Below, in pieces: positions 1 to 9,911 of a DNA stretch of 61,759 nucleotides; position 1 is the first letter of the stretch; the number at the start of each line of letters is the position of its first letter. The stretch is from NCBI GenBank assembly GCA_047615545.1, contig JBLHID010000002.1, forward strand, positions 1-61,759. The letters run 5' to 3'. The position numbers and the translations under genes were made by a program. The notes beneath the pieces are model-generated. The model searched no databases. It had not been told where the DNA came from and saw nothing but the letters and a program-made list of their open reading frames with translations. This stretch comes from Polaribacter sp. GTDB taxonomy: Bacteria > Pseudomonadota > Gammaproteobacteria > GCA-001735895.

Positions 1-414
1 ATTAATGGATGCTGATTTCGACACTTGATACCTCCTTAAAACCTAACGTTTCGCTTTGTGGTGAGTGAGTAATTCTGGCGCCGACGTCTAGTATACCCTG
101 GCGTTCAAGATACCGACCAACACGGTGACTGATCGAGTGAACCAGTATGGCCAGCTTTTGCAGATTAGGCGCTATGGTACATTTGATTCGGGTCAAGCCC
201 AGCTTGGTTTTTTAGCATATCCCATTTAGGAACAGCCTATGGAAATGGACCGAGCCGCGTTAGGATTCAAATTTAGCGCTCTCGGGGCGCCGGACCGTCC
301 AAACCTTTAAATGAGCGTGGCTGAACCTGTTTGTGCCGTTTTGCAATTCAGCCCTGACTTTTTGATGCGGTGGGATGCTATAGCGCAGTAGACGATACCC
401 AGCACTTTGCTCAT
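1..414 (-). pseudogene. Relic of an IS91/ISCR-family (Y2, rolling-circle) transposase, 5'-truncated and broken by stops and frame changes; continues off the left edge
   Basis: Minus-strand fragments: MSKVLGIVYCAIASHRIKKSGLNCKTAQTGSATLI* (from ATG at 414), then RFG..ALNLN in another frame, then ..APNLQKLAILVHSISHRVGRYLERQGIL (ORF 2..196). These match my recollection of the conserved central block of IS91-type transposases. No N-terminal zinc-finger part is present. Confidence 0.5.
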
Positions 415-428
415 CAGTTCTGGGGCAA

Positions 429-456
429 TTTTTAAGAGTGCCTGTCTTTTATTGTT
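429..456. repeat. Copy A of a ~28-nt imperfect direct repeat (TTTTAAGAGTGCCTGTCTTTTATTGTT)
   Basis: GTGCCTGTCTTTTATTGTT (438-456) matches GTGCCTGTCCATTATTGTT (2327-2345) at 17/19, and both are preceded by TTTTAA(A)G. It lies at the truncation point of the IS91 relic, just 3' of the DUF3291 stop. Confidence 0.55.
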
Positions 457-464
457 TTAGTCCT

Positions 465-920
465 TTATTGTTTTGTTCTTGCTTTGAATTTGAAATCATA
501 CCCCTCATCGTTAGGGCCGTTTTCTCGTAGAAGCATTAACTTTTCTTTACCCTCAATCAATGATGGAATATGACCGACTGCCACGGGCCAGATAACGTAG
601 CTTGGGACATCTGCCGGTTCAAACCACTCTGCCCTTCGTTTCAAAAATTGACCATGCAAAGTGTTATGCACGAATTGCTCAAAATCCTCAAAGTTTTCCC
701 AAACGGACAGTGTAGCCAACGCGACATCGGGGCGCCCAAACACCGCACCCGCATCATTTTTTGGTTGGTCATAGCCTTCATCTTTCAGGCGCCATACAAA
801 GCCCTTAGATCTGTCAGCCACTGCATTGATTCGGTCTAAATTATTCTCAAACCCAGCGATTCTGTGGTCGCCAAAAGGGTGCAGGAGAAATCCCATGTTA
901 ATTTGTGCGATGTGTCCCAA
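465..920 (-). CDS. DUF3291 domain protein (Dabb-fold)
   Basis: 151-aa ORF with HIAQINMGFLLHP, FVWRLKDE, LSVWENFEDFEQFV and RRAEWFEP, typical of DUF3291. TTG start at 920, alternative ATG at 896. Confidence 0.8.
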   Translation of the reverse strand: MGHIAQINMGFLLHPFGDHRIAGFENNLDRINAVADRSKGFVWRLKDEGYDQPKNDAGAVFGRPDVALATLSVWENFEDFEQFVHNTLHGQFLKRRAEWFEPADVPSYVIWPVAVGHIPSLIEGKEKLMLLRENGPNDEGYDFKFKARTKQ

Positions 921-1105
921 AATTATACTGCTCCGATATCAGCTGAGGGTAGTCCGTGTGTCTGGTCAGTTCGATCTGAGTTCGAATTCTCACTCTTGTG
1001 AGAATGAACAATCCAAAAGAATACAAAGGTTAGAAATGTCTTGAATTGTAGCAAGCCCTATTCCCACTGCATTTGGCCTTGAGTTCAAATTATTTCAGTT
1101 CACCA

Positions 1106-2041
1106 CTAAACAATAATTGTTAATTTCTTTTCTAGCACCTGCACTTCAAGGCGCGTTGTTTGAGGATAGGGAACCTCCCCATCCGCCTCAACCACAAAAG
1201 ACTCTTCAGCACTTATCACAACACGTTTAGCGAGAAAGTTCTTCAGGATTGGCTCGTTGACATGCGTGCCTTTCATTATTTTTGGTATCAATCCGAGGAT
1301 TTTCATACGACCGATACCATCTGCCACCATAACATTAAGTAAGCCGTCATCAACTTGAGCATTGGGGCAAACCCAAAATCCACTGCCAAAACAACGCCCA
1401 TTGGTAACGACTGTCATCGTTGTTGATTGTTCGAATGGCGCCTGATCATCAATTTGAATACTAACTTTTGGGATGCGATAGTCAATCAGCGTTTTCATAA
1501 TTGCGGCCAAATACGCCATCATGCCGGTGAAAATCTTTGGCACCGTATTAAAGTTTAGCGCGGCTTGTGCACCAAAACCGATGTCCATGCCATTCATAAA
1601 ATACTGCGGATCGTTATCCGTTGGGCTGTTCGTTAATCGCCCTGCGTCAAACAGTTTGGTTTCGCCTTTTGCGATTTTCTCAACGGCAATTCGCCAATCA
1701 AATACTTTACCGCCAATGGCAGTTTCTGGCGGAATCACCTTGGCAAAATCATCTCCATTGCCAAGTGGGATTACACCCAATGGCAACGTCTCTCCTTCGT
1801 TCGATGCTCGCAATAGCCCATTCACAATTTCGTGAACCGTGCCATCGCCGCCTACTGCAATTACTGTTGAGTATTTTGTATGCGCCTTTTCAGCAAGTGA
1901 AGTTGCCTCAAGAGGTGCGGACGTCACTGCAACATCAAACTCAACACCCGCCTCAATCAATGCTTGCTCGACCTGTGGCCAATACTTTATTGCACGACCT
2001 CGGCCTGCGATAGGGTTGTAAATAACAAGGTGTCGACTCAT
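1106..2041 (-). CDS. Diacylglycerol/lipid kinase family protein (YegS/BmrU-like)
   Basis: 311 aa; N-terminal LVIYNPIAGRGRA and the GGDGTVHEIVNGL catalytic-domain motif. Confidence 0.85.
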   Translation of the reverse strand: MSRHLVIYNPIAGRGRAIKYWPQVEQALIEAGVEFDVAVTSAPLEATSLAEKAHTKYSTVIAVGGDGTVHEIVNGLLRASNEGETLPLGVIPLGNGDDFAKVIPPETAIGGKVFDWRIAVEKIAKGETKLFDAGRLTNSPTDNDPQYFMNGMDIGFGAQAALNFNTVPKIFTGMMAYLAAIMKTLIDYRIPKVSIQIDDQAPFEQSTTMTVVTNGRCFGSGFWVCPNAQVDDGLLNVMVADGIGRMKILGLIPKIMKGTHVNEPILKNFLAKRVVISAEESFVVEADGEVPYPQTTRLEVQVLEKKLTIIV

Positions 2042-2317
2042 ATTTTTTAAGTTTATTCAGGTGTAATCGATTATCTTGACGGCTGCTTTTTCGAGATCAA
2101 GAATCATTTTTCGAATAAAGTATAGGAATCATAAAAGCCCTACCCACATATGTCAATTTTCAAAATCATCTCCAATATTCCCTACATCTACCGTTTTTTA
2201 GGGAGATTCTCAACAACCTCAACCATTTTTCATAAATTTCTTTCACCATTTTCAAGCAGAGCCACCATTAGCCAATAGTTATGCTCCACCGCCCTACTGG
2301 TATCAGAAAATTTATGA

Positions 2318-2345
2318 TTTTAAAGGGTGCCTGTCCATTATTGTT
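2318..2345. repeat. Copy B of the ~28-nt imperfect direct repeat (TTTTAAAGGGTGCCTGTCCATTATTGTT)
   Basis: See copy A. It lies about 50 nt 3' of the stop of the G+C-rich metallopeptidase gene. Confidence 0.55.
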
Positions 2346-2396
2346 GCCTAATTCGATCGCGACCTTCGTCGTCGGCGATCATAGATCTGCTCGAAA

Positions 2397-3083
2397 TCAG
2401 CGCCGCAGCAACGCTACCCAGCGCCAGAAGTTAAGTAGCGATGCCAGTGATGCCGCAACGTAGGTCCAGGCCGCGGCACGCAGTATGGCTCGCGCTGCTG
2501 GAATTTGACGTTCCGTCAGGTAGCCTGTCGACAGCAAAGGCAGTGCCTTTCTAAAGCTGGCGTCGATCTCGACGGGTAGCGTCAACAAATGCATCAACAA
2601 AGCGAAGCCCATGATCAGCAGTGCGCCGGTGACATTCAGCATGGCAGCTGATGGTAAGCGCGTTATCAGCACGCTGAATGGGGCAGCGAACAACAACAAT
2701 GAACCGATACGCTGTGCCCATACCGCGCTTGAAGCAAGCCGAGTGCGCAGTAGAAACAGGGGCTCTGCTGCAGCGTGCTGGTAAGCATGTCCACACTCAT
2801 GCGCCGCAACCGTGATGGCGGTCAGGGTCTTGCCCTCGAACTTGTCCTGCGTTAGCCGCACCGCACGGGCCGTGGGGTCGTAATGATCGCCAAGTTCGGT
2901 CACTTCGACTTTGACCTCCTGCAACTCGTAGCGGTCAAGCAGGTGCCGCGCCAGTTCGCCGCCGGTACCAAGGAAATTATCTTCCGGCACACGATTGTAG
3001 CGGTTCAGGATGGTGTTAATCCAAAGCTGTGGGCCATAGATCAGGATTAAAACTAGGAGAAAAGTAAGCACGTAAATCATCAC
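2397..3083 (-). CDS. Membrane zinc metallopeptidase (Zn_peptidase_2-type, HExxH)
   Basis: 228 aa; N-terminal TM segment, HECGHAYQH zinc motif, C-terminal hydrophobic helices. G+C is markedly higher than its neighbours. Confidence 0.8.
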   Translation of the reverse strand: MMIYVLTFLLVLILIYGPQLWINTILNRYNRVPEDNFLGTGGELARHLLDRYELQEVKVEVTELGDHYDPTARAVRLTQDKFEGKTLTAITVAAHECGHAYQHAAAEPLFLLRTRLASSAVWAQRIGSLLLFAAPFSVLITRLPSAAMLNVTGALLIMGFALLMHLLTLPVEIDASFRKALPLLSTGYLTERQIPAARAILRAAAWTYVAASLASLLNFWRWVALLRR

Positions 3084-3284
3084 TAGATAGCTTAATCTTT
3101 CGCTTTGAATAATGCTAGCGGGGTAAACAGTAATTGATACGAGGGTTAGCCAGCGGGCCTTACAATAAATTCAGTTTTACCAACCTATCGAGCAGCGGTA
3201 GCGCTTGCTCGGCCTGCTGTTGAAAAGTTCTAAACTGACAAAGAGCGTAAATTCTACGGCTTTTATTCTGATTAAATTAAATCG

Positions 3285-3917
3285 TTAGCCATTCAGCAAT
3301 GGAGAGAGAAACTCATTAAGAACGCTCGATCCTTTTTCGGTATGTAGCCAGATTAAAGCGCCCAAATTTAATAAAACGCTAACCTTATAAACACGTTTAA
3401 ACACTTTCTTACTCGACTTGTGGCGTAAGTAACTTTGTGCGAAAAATGACCCCGGCCAACCACCCATGAGGGCTAAAATATGCAAGGTACTTTCCTGTGT
3501 TCTCCAACGACCATTTTGTGCAGCATATTTATCTTTAGCATAAGCAATAAAAGTAACCACACTCATTACAACGTAAATACCAGCAACAAGTGGAGGGAGT
3601 TTCCCTATCAATATTGAAGCCGATAAAACTCCACAAAAGATCACTATGATATAGTTTTCGAAGGCACTGGTGCTATTAGCATTATCTGGTTTATTTAAGC
3701 GCTTAGTATCGCTAACGAATTGAACATTTGTCGCTTTATTACGATTATTTTTTTCGTGCACTAATTCAAAGTTGATGACATCTCCATTGATAGGTCTACG
3801 AGATTGTGGCTTGAAAGCTTTTATATGAACAAAGACACCCTCGCCTCCGCCGTTTGGCTTTGCGAAACCAAAACCTTTGTCATCATTCCAATTAAAAACC
3901 TTACCTTGGAGCTTCAT
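3285..3917 (-). CDS. Cold-shock domain protein fused to a DUF1294 membrane domain
   Basis: 210 aa; N-terminal GKVFNWNDDKGFGFAKP..VFVHIKAF (CSD) and C-terminal TM-rich region with LALMGGWPGSFFAQ..LRHKSSK (DUF1294). Confidence 0.8.
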   Translation of the reverse strand: MKLQGKVFNWNDDKGFGFAKPNGGGEGVFVHIKAFKPQSRRPINGDVINFELVHEKNNRNKATNVQFVSDTKRLNKPDNANSTSAFENYIIVIFCGVLSASILIGKLPPLVAGIYVVMSVVTFIAYAKDKYAAQNGRWRTQESTLHILALMGGWPGSFFAQSYLRHKSSKKVFKRVYKVSVLLNLGALIWLHTEKGSSVLNEFLSPLLNG

Positions 3918-4053
3918 GCTGCCTCTTGATTTAACTACAGTAAATTTTATAGACGCTCGGTTAAATGAATTTACGACTTTTCAAATTGAGTATACGTGAT
4001 GGTTTAATGGCTCTCAGGTGCCGTGGCTTAGCCAATCAAGCACAGTAACCTCT

Positions 4054-4665
4054 CTACTGGGCTTCAATCGATTCTATTTTAAGATTAAACTTACCCGACT
4101 GTTTATCGGCAAGCATAATGCCGATCCTCCGAATGTCCTGCGAATTAAATGTGTATCCAGAAAGCTGTCGCCCTCGCCACGTTTGACTAAGGTCACTGAA
4201 CGGCAAAAAGACTTCTACCCACTCACCTTCTGTTGTTTTAAATTCGCTGCTAAAGCTGACTGGCGCGCGTTCCGAAAAGATAGCGTCGCTTTCTAAACGT
4301 AATTGATAAGTGCGGCCATCACCAAGTACCCTCAATCGAATACCCGAAAAGTCAGACAAATCAAAGTTGGCGCGAAAGTATATGGATGAGAATCCACCGT
4401 TATTCTCTAATGAGAGCTCACCATTAAACAACATGCCTCCTTCTGTAATATGTGCGTTGCCATTAGAAAGGCCTCCCATCACGCCATCATTATTCGAGCG
4501 CCATTCCACATCGGGATTTCCACCTATAAATTCAAAGAGTGTTTTCATCGGTTGGTCATCTTTTCCGTGTAAGGTTGAACTCATTGCTGCAAGGGCGATG
4601 AAGTAGGCACAAGCCATCGAAGGCTGTATCAAGGCAGTGAAGAATACGCGTATCATTTTCATCAA
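4054..4665 (-). CDS. CIA30-family protein (secreted)
   Basis: 203 aa; signal-peptide-like N-terminus, then W.SNNDGVMGGLS and GGFSSIY, as in complex I intermediate-associated protein 30 domains. Confidence 0.7.
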   Translation of the reverse strand: MMKMIRVFFTALIQPSMACAYFIALAAMSSTLHGKDDQPMKTLFEFIGGNPDVEWRSNNDGVMGGLSNGNAHITEGGMLFNGELSLENNGGFSSIYFRANFDLSDFSGIRLRVLGDGRTYQLRLESDAIFSERAPVSFSSEFKTTEGEWVEVFLPFSDLSQTWRGRQLSGYTFNSQDIRRIGIMLADKQSGKFNLKIESIEAQ

Positions 4666-4840
4666 ATTAGTTGGAGGTAACTGTCAAGAATATCAATGAT
4701 AATTTTTTGAAGACAGTAGCAAAACCAACGTTTTTGGATACAAAAATATCATTCATTATTATTTGATCCCCTTTAATGGTTAAACGATTCAGGACATGGT
4801 GTTTTGGTGTGGTATCGCCGTAGTTGAAAAAACAAGGACA

Positions 4841-5500
4841 TTATTCGCTAAGAGGCTGTTGAATAGAATTAACCATTTCTAGGATTTTATCCAACCGCTT
4901 TTGTGGCTGCCTCATTTCCAGCAAATCTTGTTTGATATCGGCAGGCATGGCAATCAAACCATTGACCAAGAAGCTAAACTCAACCGGCGAAATATTTTGC
5001 CAATGATCTCCAGCCAGCATTGTTTGGGCTTCATCATTGCCATGGCTGATGGTCAATAAGCGTTGCATAATCTTTTCATGGCTTTGCCTTAATAACCGCA
5101 CTAAGTCATCACCCTCCATCGGGTCATCTTCATACGGCTCACAAGCCCATATATTAAACGGCAAGGTCTGCCGCTCTTGTTGGAGCTTCAGTCGTGTTTC
5201 AAAATTAACCACTATTGCCATGCGGCCGTCATCCATCTCCTCTAATAGCTCCACTGTTCCAGCGGAAAAAACAGCGCATGGCTTGTAGGTAGATTGATTG
5301 CTGCTAAGCACTTCTTCCTGAGTTTGATCTCGCGTGTTGGCATGTAGCACTTTTTGGGTATGACAAACGCCCATCATCACTTTATGATCAATACAGTATT
5401 TCACCATTTTTCGATAACGGGGTTCGAAAACATGTAGCGGTGTTGGCACACCAGGAAAATTAACGGCATCGGGTATGGGGAAAAGTGCAACTTCTATCAT
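4841..5500 (-). CDS. LON substrate-binding (N-terminal) domain protein
   Basis: 219 aa; LFPIPDAVNFPGVPTPLHVFEPRYRKMV is the Lon N-domain signature. No ATPase or protease part. Confidence 0.8.
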   Translation of the reverse strand: MIEVALFPIPDAVNFPGVPTPLHVFEPRYRKMVKYCIDHKVMMGVCHTQKVLHANTRDQTQEEVLSSNQSTYKPCAVFSAGTVELLEEMDDGRMAIVVNFETRLKLQQERQTLPFNIWACEPYEDDPMEGDDLVRLLRQSHEKIMQRLLTISHGNDEAQTMLAGDHWQNISPVEFSFLVNGLIAMPADIKQDLLEMRQPQKRLDKILEMVNSIQQPLSE

Positions 5501-5619
5501 GAGGTGTAAAGCCCAATTAATTAATGATTGTTATAGGCCAATAAGACCTTACTTGTTTTTTCAAGCTGCCGGATACTCTGCAGTTGCTCCTCATTTAATA
5601 TGGCCGGCGAGAGTCCGGT

Positions 5620-6183
5620 TTATTCAATGCTAATTCGAACTGATTTGCCCGTCTTCGAATTATATGCAACAAGGTCACCAGATGATACGCTAATTCCAGT
5701 GACCGCCTGGATAACCACTTGATGTGTGACCATTAATGTTAAGCTGTTTTGACCGAGGCCAACCAACTTTTTTTGCAACAGCTGTAGTGTTTGATTGCGT
5801 TCGGCGTGGCCCTGAAAGAAGGAATTCAGGCCAGAAAAACTATCTACTGCACCAAGGTTTAAAAGTTGAGCTGTTTCAAGGCAGCGACACCAGTAGCTGG
5901 AGTAAATCTTATCAAATATGATCCCCTCTTGTTTTAATTTCAGGCCGATTGATTTGGCCTGAGCCCGCCCAACATCATCTAGGTTTCGCTGGGTTGCACA
6001 TTGGTTGATGACGAAGTTTTCGGGATCACCAAAGCCTGGGGCAAGCGCATGGCGCATCAATAGAACATTGAAATCAATTTCATTTAACTTATCCCTAATT
6101 GAATTGGGACCTGTAGCAGCGAAAAGGTTCTGACTAACACCTATCCAAATAATACCTATTAGTAATAACCGACGCCGCAACAT
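5620..6183 (-). CDS. Histidine phosphatase family protein (secreted)
   Basis: 187 aa; signal peptide, LLMRHALAPG (RHG-type motif) and a late MVTHQ histidine. Confidence 0.75.
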   Translation of the reverse strand: MLRRRLLLIGIIWIGVSQNLFAATGPNSIRDKLNEIDFNVLLMRHALAPGFGDPENFVINQCATQRNLDDVGRAQAKSIGLKLKQEGIIFDKIYSSYWCRCLETAQLLNLGAVDSFSGLNSFFQGHAERNQTLQLLQKKLVGLGQNSLTLMVTHQVVIQAVTGISVSSGDLVAYNSKTGKSVRISIE

Positions 6184-6608
6184 TTGTTTGACCTGATAGT
6201 AGTAGTGTCTTAGTGCACCCCGAAATGGGAGCTCTATTTTTTATCTTAATTTCGTGCGTAATTAAATATTATCCATCAAAGGTTCAGGAGTATCTAATTT
6301 GTTTGAAAAACGTCTCGATTGTCAGACCATGGCTCTCTTTTTAATATTACATTTGCGGTAAAATGACTCATGCATCCATTCTATAGTGCAAGTTACCAAC
6401 ACATTTATAACTGTTTGTCTGACTTCAGGCCAACACGATAAGTTACGGAACCAGCTCGATTTGCACCATTCGATAGATGTCTCTGATCCATATTAGTTAA
6501 TCAAACGTAGGTATTGTTATGGACAAAGATACACATTTTTACAATGGTGACTACCCGCTCTATAGTGCCGAAATCAATCAACCCAAAAAATACTAGGCGA
6601 AAACAACC

Positions 6609-7151
6609 TTGTCGAATAACAAAAGCGATCAATCTTCACTTGTGGACGAGCTTATAGATCCAGAGTTTACTGTCAACATAAGCGATAGAAAACTAAACAG
6701 TATTGATCTAGTTCGTATCAATGGCATCATTAAGGCTGCGATCGATACTTGGCAATTGCCAGAACGGGTCAAGCGAATTAGCTTACCGCTTTACTGTTAC
6801 GAAGAAGAAGATTTGATGCATATGCAATTTTTGATCGCAGAAACAGTGGATGCTGGCATTGTCGGTCTAGCCACCTTAGAAGAAATCGATGCGACTGAGC
6901 TTGCGAGTGCCCAACACACACTGTTGCTTCATGGATTATATGTTGATCCCTTTTATCATCGACGAGGCATCGCCACACGATTGGTCGAATCGGCCGAATT
7001 AAGTGCCCGTGAAAGTGGTACCAGTGGCTTACTGGTCAAGGCTCAGGTCGATGCCGTGTCATTCTTCAATCAAGCGGGTTTCACAAAGTTGCCGGTCGAG
7101 GATTATTCACGTGACTATGTTTATCGTTATTGGAAGGCTGTTCAAGACTAG
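6609..7151 (+). CDS. GNAT family N-acetyltransferase
   Basis: 180 aa; LHGLYVDPFYHRRGIATRLVE acetyl-CoA-binding motif. TTG start; there is no in-frame ATG near the 5' end. Confidence 0.7.
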   Translation: MSNNKSDQSSLVDELIDPEFTVNISDRKLNSIDLVRINGIIKAAIDTWQLPERVKRISLPLYCYEEEDLMHMQFLIAETVDAGIVGLATLEEIDATELASAQHTLLLHGLYVDPFYHRRGIATRLVESAELSARESGTSGLLVKAQVDAVSFFNQAGFTKLPVEDYSRDYVYRYWKAVQD

Positions 7152-7531
7152 TAGTTAGGGGTGAACGTGAAGAGCTATAGCGTTTGTGCCATAAAAATAA
7201 AGTGCTGCGACTGGACATTATCTTTGTTTTCGATGAAGTTACTCCAGAAAATGGTGACACTACCGTTACTAAAGATGTTGTCACTGACTCAAAAGCTAGG
7301 GAAACCACAGCCATAGTAATTGGTATGTTAAATTTCTTTTTATATCACAGCTTCGTTCCCTCTACCCTAGCCGACACTGGGACGAAAGAGTTCAGCCCAA
7401 GCCCATAGCCATCATTGATAAAACGACAAATGAATGAGAATATACAGAAAGAAACAGTTGAATATTTGTGCCTGCAACATAATAACCTATTAGATTTTAA
7501 ACAATACTAATTATTGATTTCAAGGAGAAAA

Positions 7532-8419
7532 ATGAACTTACTCATTACAGGTGGTACTGGTTTTATTGGCTCTGCTCTTTGCGCTCGCTTATTGGAAGAA
7601 AAACATCATATTGTAGTGCTTAGTAGACACCCTGAAGCAATCAAACTTCCCATTAAAGCTGTAGCCGATTTAGAGCAGCTAACAGATGATGATATTTTTG
7701 ATGTTGTCATTAATTTGGCTGGTGAACCTATCGCTAATAAACGATGGAGTGTTCAGCAAAAACAGCGGATTTTTAGTAGCCGTATCGATACTACAGCGAC
7801 ACTTATTGCATATTTCAAAAAATCAAAAAATAAACCCAAACTATTAATCAATGGCTCTGCTATTGGCTACTATGGTATCGGTATAACGAATGATGTTATT
7901 GATGAAAAAGCTGGTAGTGACGATAGCTTTTCTAGTCAGTTATGTCAGAAGTGGGAAACAACGGCCCTTACGGCAGAAGCGCTTGGAATTCGTACTTGCT
8001 TGCTACGAACGGGTATTGTCCTAGGTAAGAATGGGGGTGCATTGAGTAAAATGTTACTCCCTTTTAAAATGGGCCTTGGCGGAAGAATTGGTCACGGTAA
8101 ACAATGGATGCCTTGGATTCACTTGGATGATTTGGTTGGCATTATTTTGTACTGCATCAATCATGACAATCTAAAGGGTGCTATTAACGGCACCTCTCCT
8201 AATCCAGTCATCAATCAGGTGTTTACTAAAACGCTTGGCACCGCACTAAAACGTCCAACTATTTTCCCGATGCCCAAGATGGTTGTACAGCTATTATTGG
8301 GACAAATGGGTGAGGAACTGTTGTTAGCAGGAAAGAGAGTTTTGCCTAGAAAAATCTTAGATGCAGGTTATAATTTTCAGTATAAAAAACTGGAAGATGC
8401 GTTAAAAAATGTGATATGA
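7532..8419 (+). CDS. TIGR01777/YfcH-type epimerase-family protein (NAD-binding plus DUF1731)
   Basis: MNLLITGGTGFIGSAL Rossmann start preceded by AGGAGA. The ORF track begins at 7514, but the ATG at 7532 has the RBS. Confidence 0.85.
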   Translation: MNLLITGGTGFIGSALCARLLEEKHHIVVLSRHPEAIKLPIKAVADLEQLTDDDIFDVVINLAGEPIANKRWSVQQKQRIFSSRIDTTATLIAYFKKSKNKPKLLINGSAIGYYGIGITNDVIDEKAGSDDSFSSQLCQKWETTALTAEALGIRTCLLRTGIVLGKNGGALSKMLLPFKMGLGGRIGHGKQWMPWIHLDDLVGIILYCINHDNLKGAINGTSPNPVINQVFTKTLGTALKRPTIFPMPKMVVQLLLGQMGEELLLAGKRVLPRKILDAGYNFQYKKLEDALKNVI

Positions 8420-8779
8420 ATAGCATGTGCTGATAATAAAATAGAAGTCATACAGAGCGCTCAGCGCTGACAGTTAGTTTTTAATAGTCGCTATAGACAA
8501 ACAGTCAATCCTCAAAATTTCTCGTTGAGCGTATTTTTTCTCTTTATGGTTTTTAGGGTTCGCACTTTCATTGTCCGACGCATTCCAGCGAAGTAGAACT
8601 TACACTGATAAGACTCTTTTTGTGTCAAATAACTAGAAGGCGATATACTGATCAAGTGCCGACGACAAAGGTAAGTAAGATGATATGCTACTCCCAGAAT
8701 TACTACGTGATCTAAGGGTTTGCATCAACCCAGCTTAGCAGCGAAAATGGTACCCAACATTCCCCAAAGGCTAGCAGCA

Positions 8780-9616
8780 ATGGAACTCATAGTATTTGAC
8801 CTCGACGGAACGCTTCTCAATCGGGATTCGACGATATCTGATTACACGAGCGAGACACTCAAGATGCTGTCTAAACGAGAGATTGCCTACACCGTCGCAA
8901 CAGGCCGCACTCTTCACGGGACTAGCACTATCTTAGATGGTCATCGATTTAACCTGCCACATGCTTACAAGAACGGTGTGATGATCTGGCATCCTGAGCA
9001 ACGGTGTTTTTCGAATAGCACTACGCTTACGTCTTCCGAACTCGACAACGTCGTCCAAGATTGCTTCCAACAGGGATTAACACCTTTTGTTTTTACCTTA
9101 GACGAAGACCATCAAAGCACAGTGTACTACCCATCGTTACAAACCGAGGCCGATCACTTGCTCGTTGAGAGTTTCTCCATTGATAGTAACGTCAGAACAC
9201 GAACACTCGACGAACTGCCGTCAGATGCTGCTGTGACTCACATTAATTCTATAGGGGCTGTCGATGCCATTAACGCCGTAATGCTCAGTGTCGCGAAGGA
9301 ACCGCAGCTCGTCGCTTATTCTGGCCTAGCCATGGAAGGTGCCCAATGGCACTGGCTGGATATTCACCACAGTGGCGCCAGCAAGGGCATTGCCATCAAG
9401 ATGTTGAAGGAATTGCTGGGCTTCCAACGTGTCATCTGTTTTGGAGACAGTGACAACGATCTCAGCATGTTCGAGGCAGCTGACGAAAGTTACGCGCCAG
9501 CCAATGCCAATGATGCGGTTAAATCCGCTGCTACCGCAGTCATCGGACATCACGACGAGGAAGGTATCGCTAGATTTATTCGTGAACGCTTTTCACTCGA
9601 CGTGGCAAAAAAATAA
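8780..9616 (+). CDS. Cof-type HAD-IIB phosphatase
   Basis: IVFDLDGTLL motif I, ATGR, GDSDND motif. The start is taken at MELIVFDLDG; the ORF is open from 8720. Confidence 0.85.
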   Translation: MELIVFDLDGTLLNRDSTISDYTSETLKMLSKREIAYTVATGRTLHGTSTILDGHRFNLPHAYKNGVMIWHPEQRCFSNSTTLTSSELDNVVQDCFQQGLTPFVFTLDEDHQSTVYYPSLQTEADHLLVESFSIDSNVRTRTLDELPSDAAVTHINSIGAVDAINAVMLSVAKEPQLVAYSGLAMEGAQWHWLDIHHSGASKGIAIKMLKELLGFQRVICFGDSDNDLSMFEAADESYAPANANDAVKSAATAVIGHHDEEGIARFIRERFSLDVAKK

Positions 9617-9911
9617 AAGAGGCTAAGTTTTAATTTTCAACCATGTAAATTGTAATGTCTGATCTTTTCGTTTTAGGCGTGGACATCTTCATCAGCAGGG
9701 CACTGACAAACTCAATTCGAACGACGCTCTGATTTGTGTGTGTTAGGAGCTTGCTGGACTTAGATAATTGTAAAGACGGACATTCATTTAGAGTTAGATA
9801 TTCTGATCAAGTAAGGAAAATAGTTCTTCTATTCAACAACTTGGTTCAAGAAATCTGGCCGAAATGCCTTTCCACAGTCGATTCATCCAAAGCCCAACAG
9901 GCTCCACGGTA

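Noticed and set aside
6519-6596. 25-codon ORF (MDKDTHFYNGDYPLYSAEINQPKKY) ending 12 nt before the GNAT gene.
   Set aside because: It has a weak RBS only and nothing to distinguish it from a chance ORF in a 425-nt A+T-rich gap. It would need ribosome profiling or conservation data.
7184-7408. 74-aa plus ORF and overlapping 77-aa minus ORF in the GNAT-yfcH gap.
   Set aside because: They are mutually overlapping, lack RBSs and have odd composition. They are probably non-coding or a fully decayed remnant.
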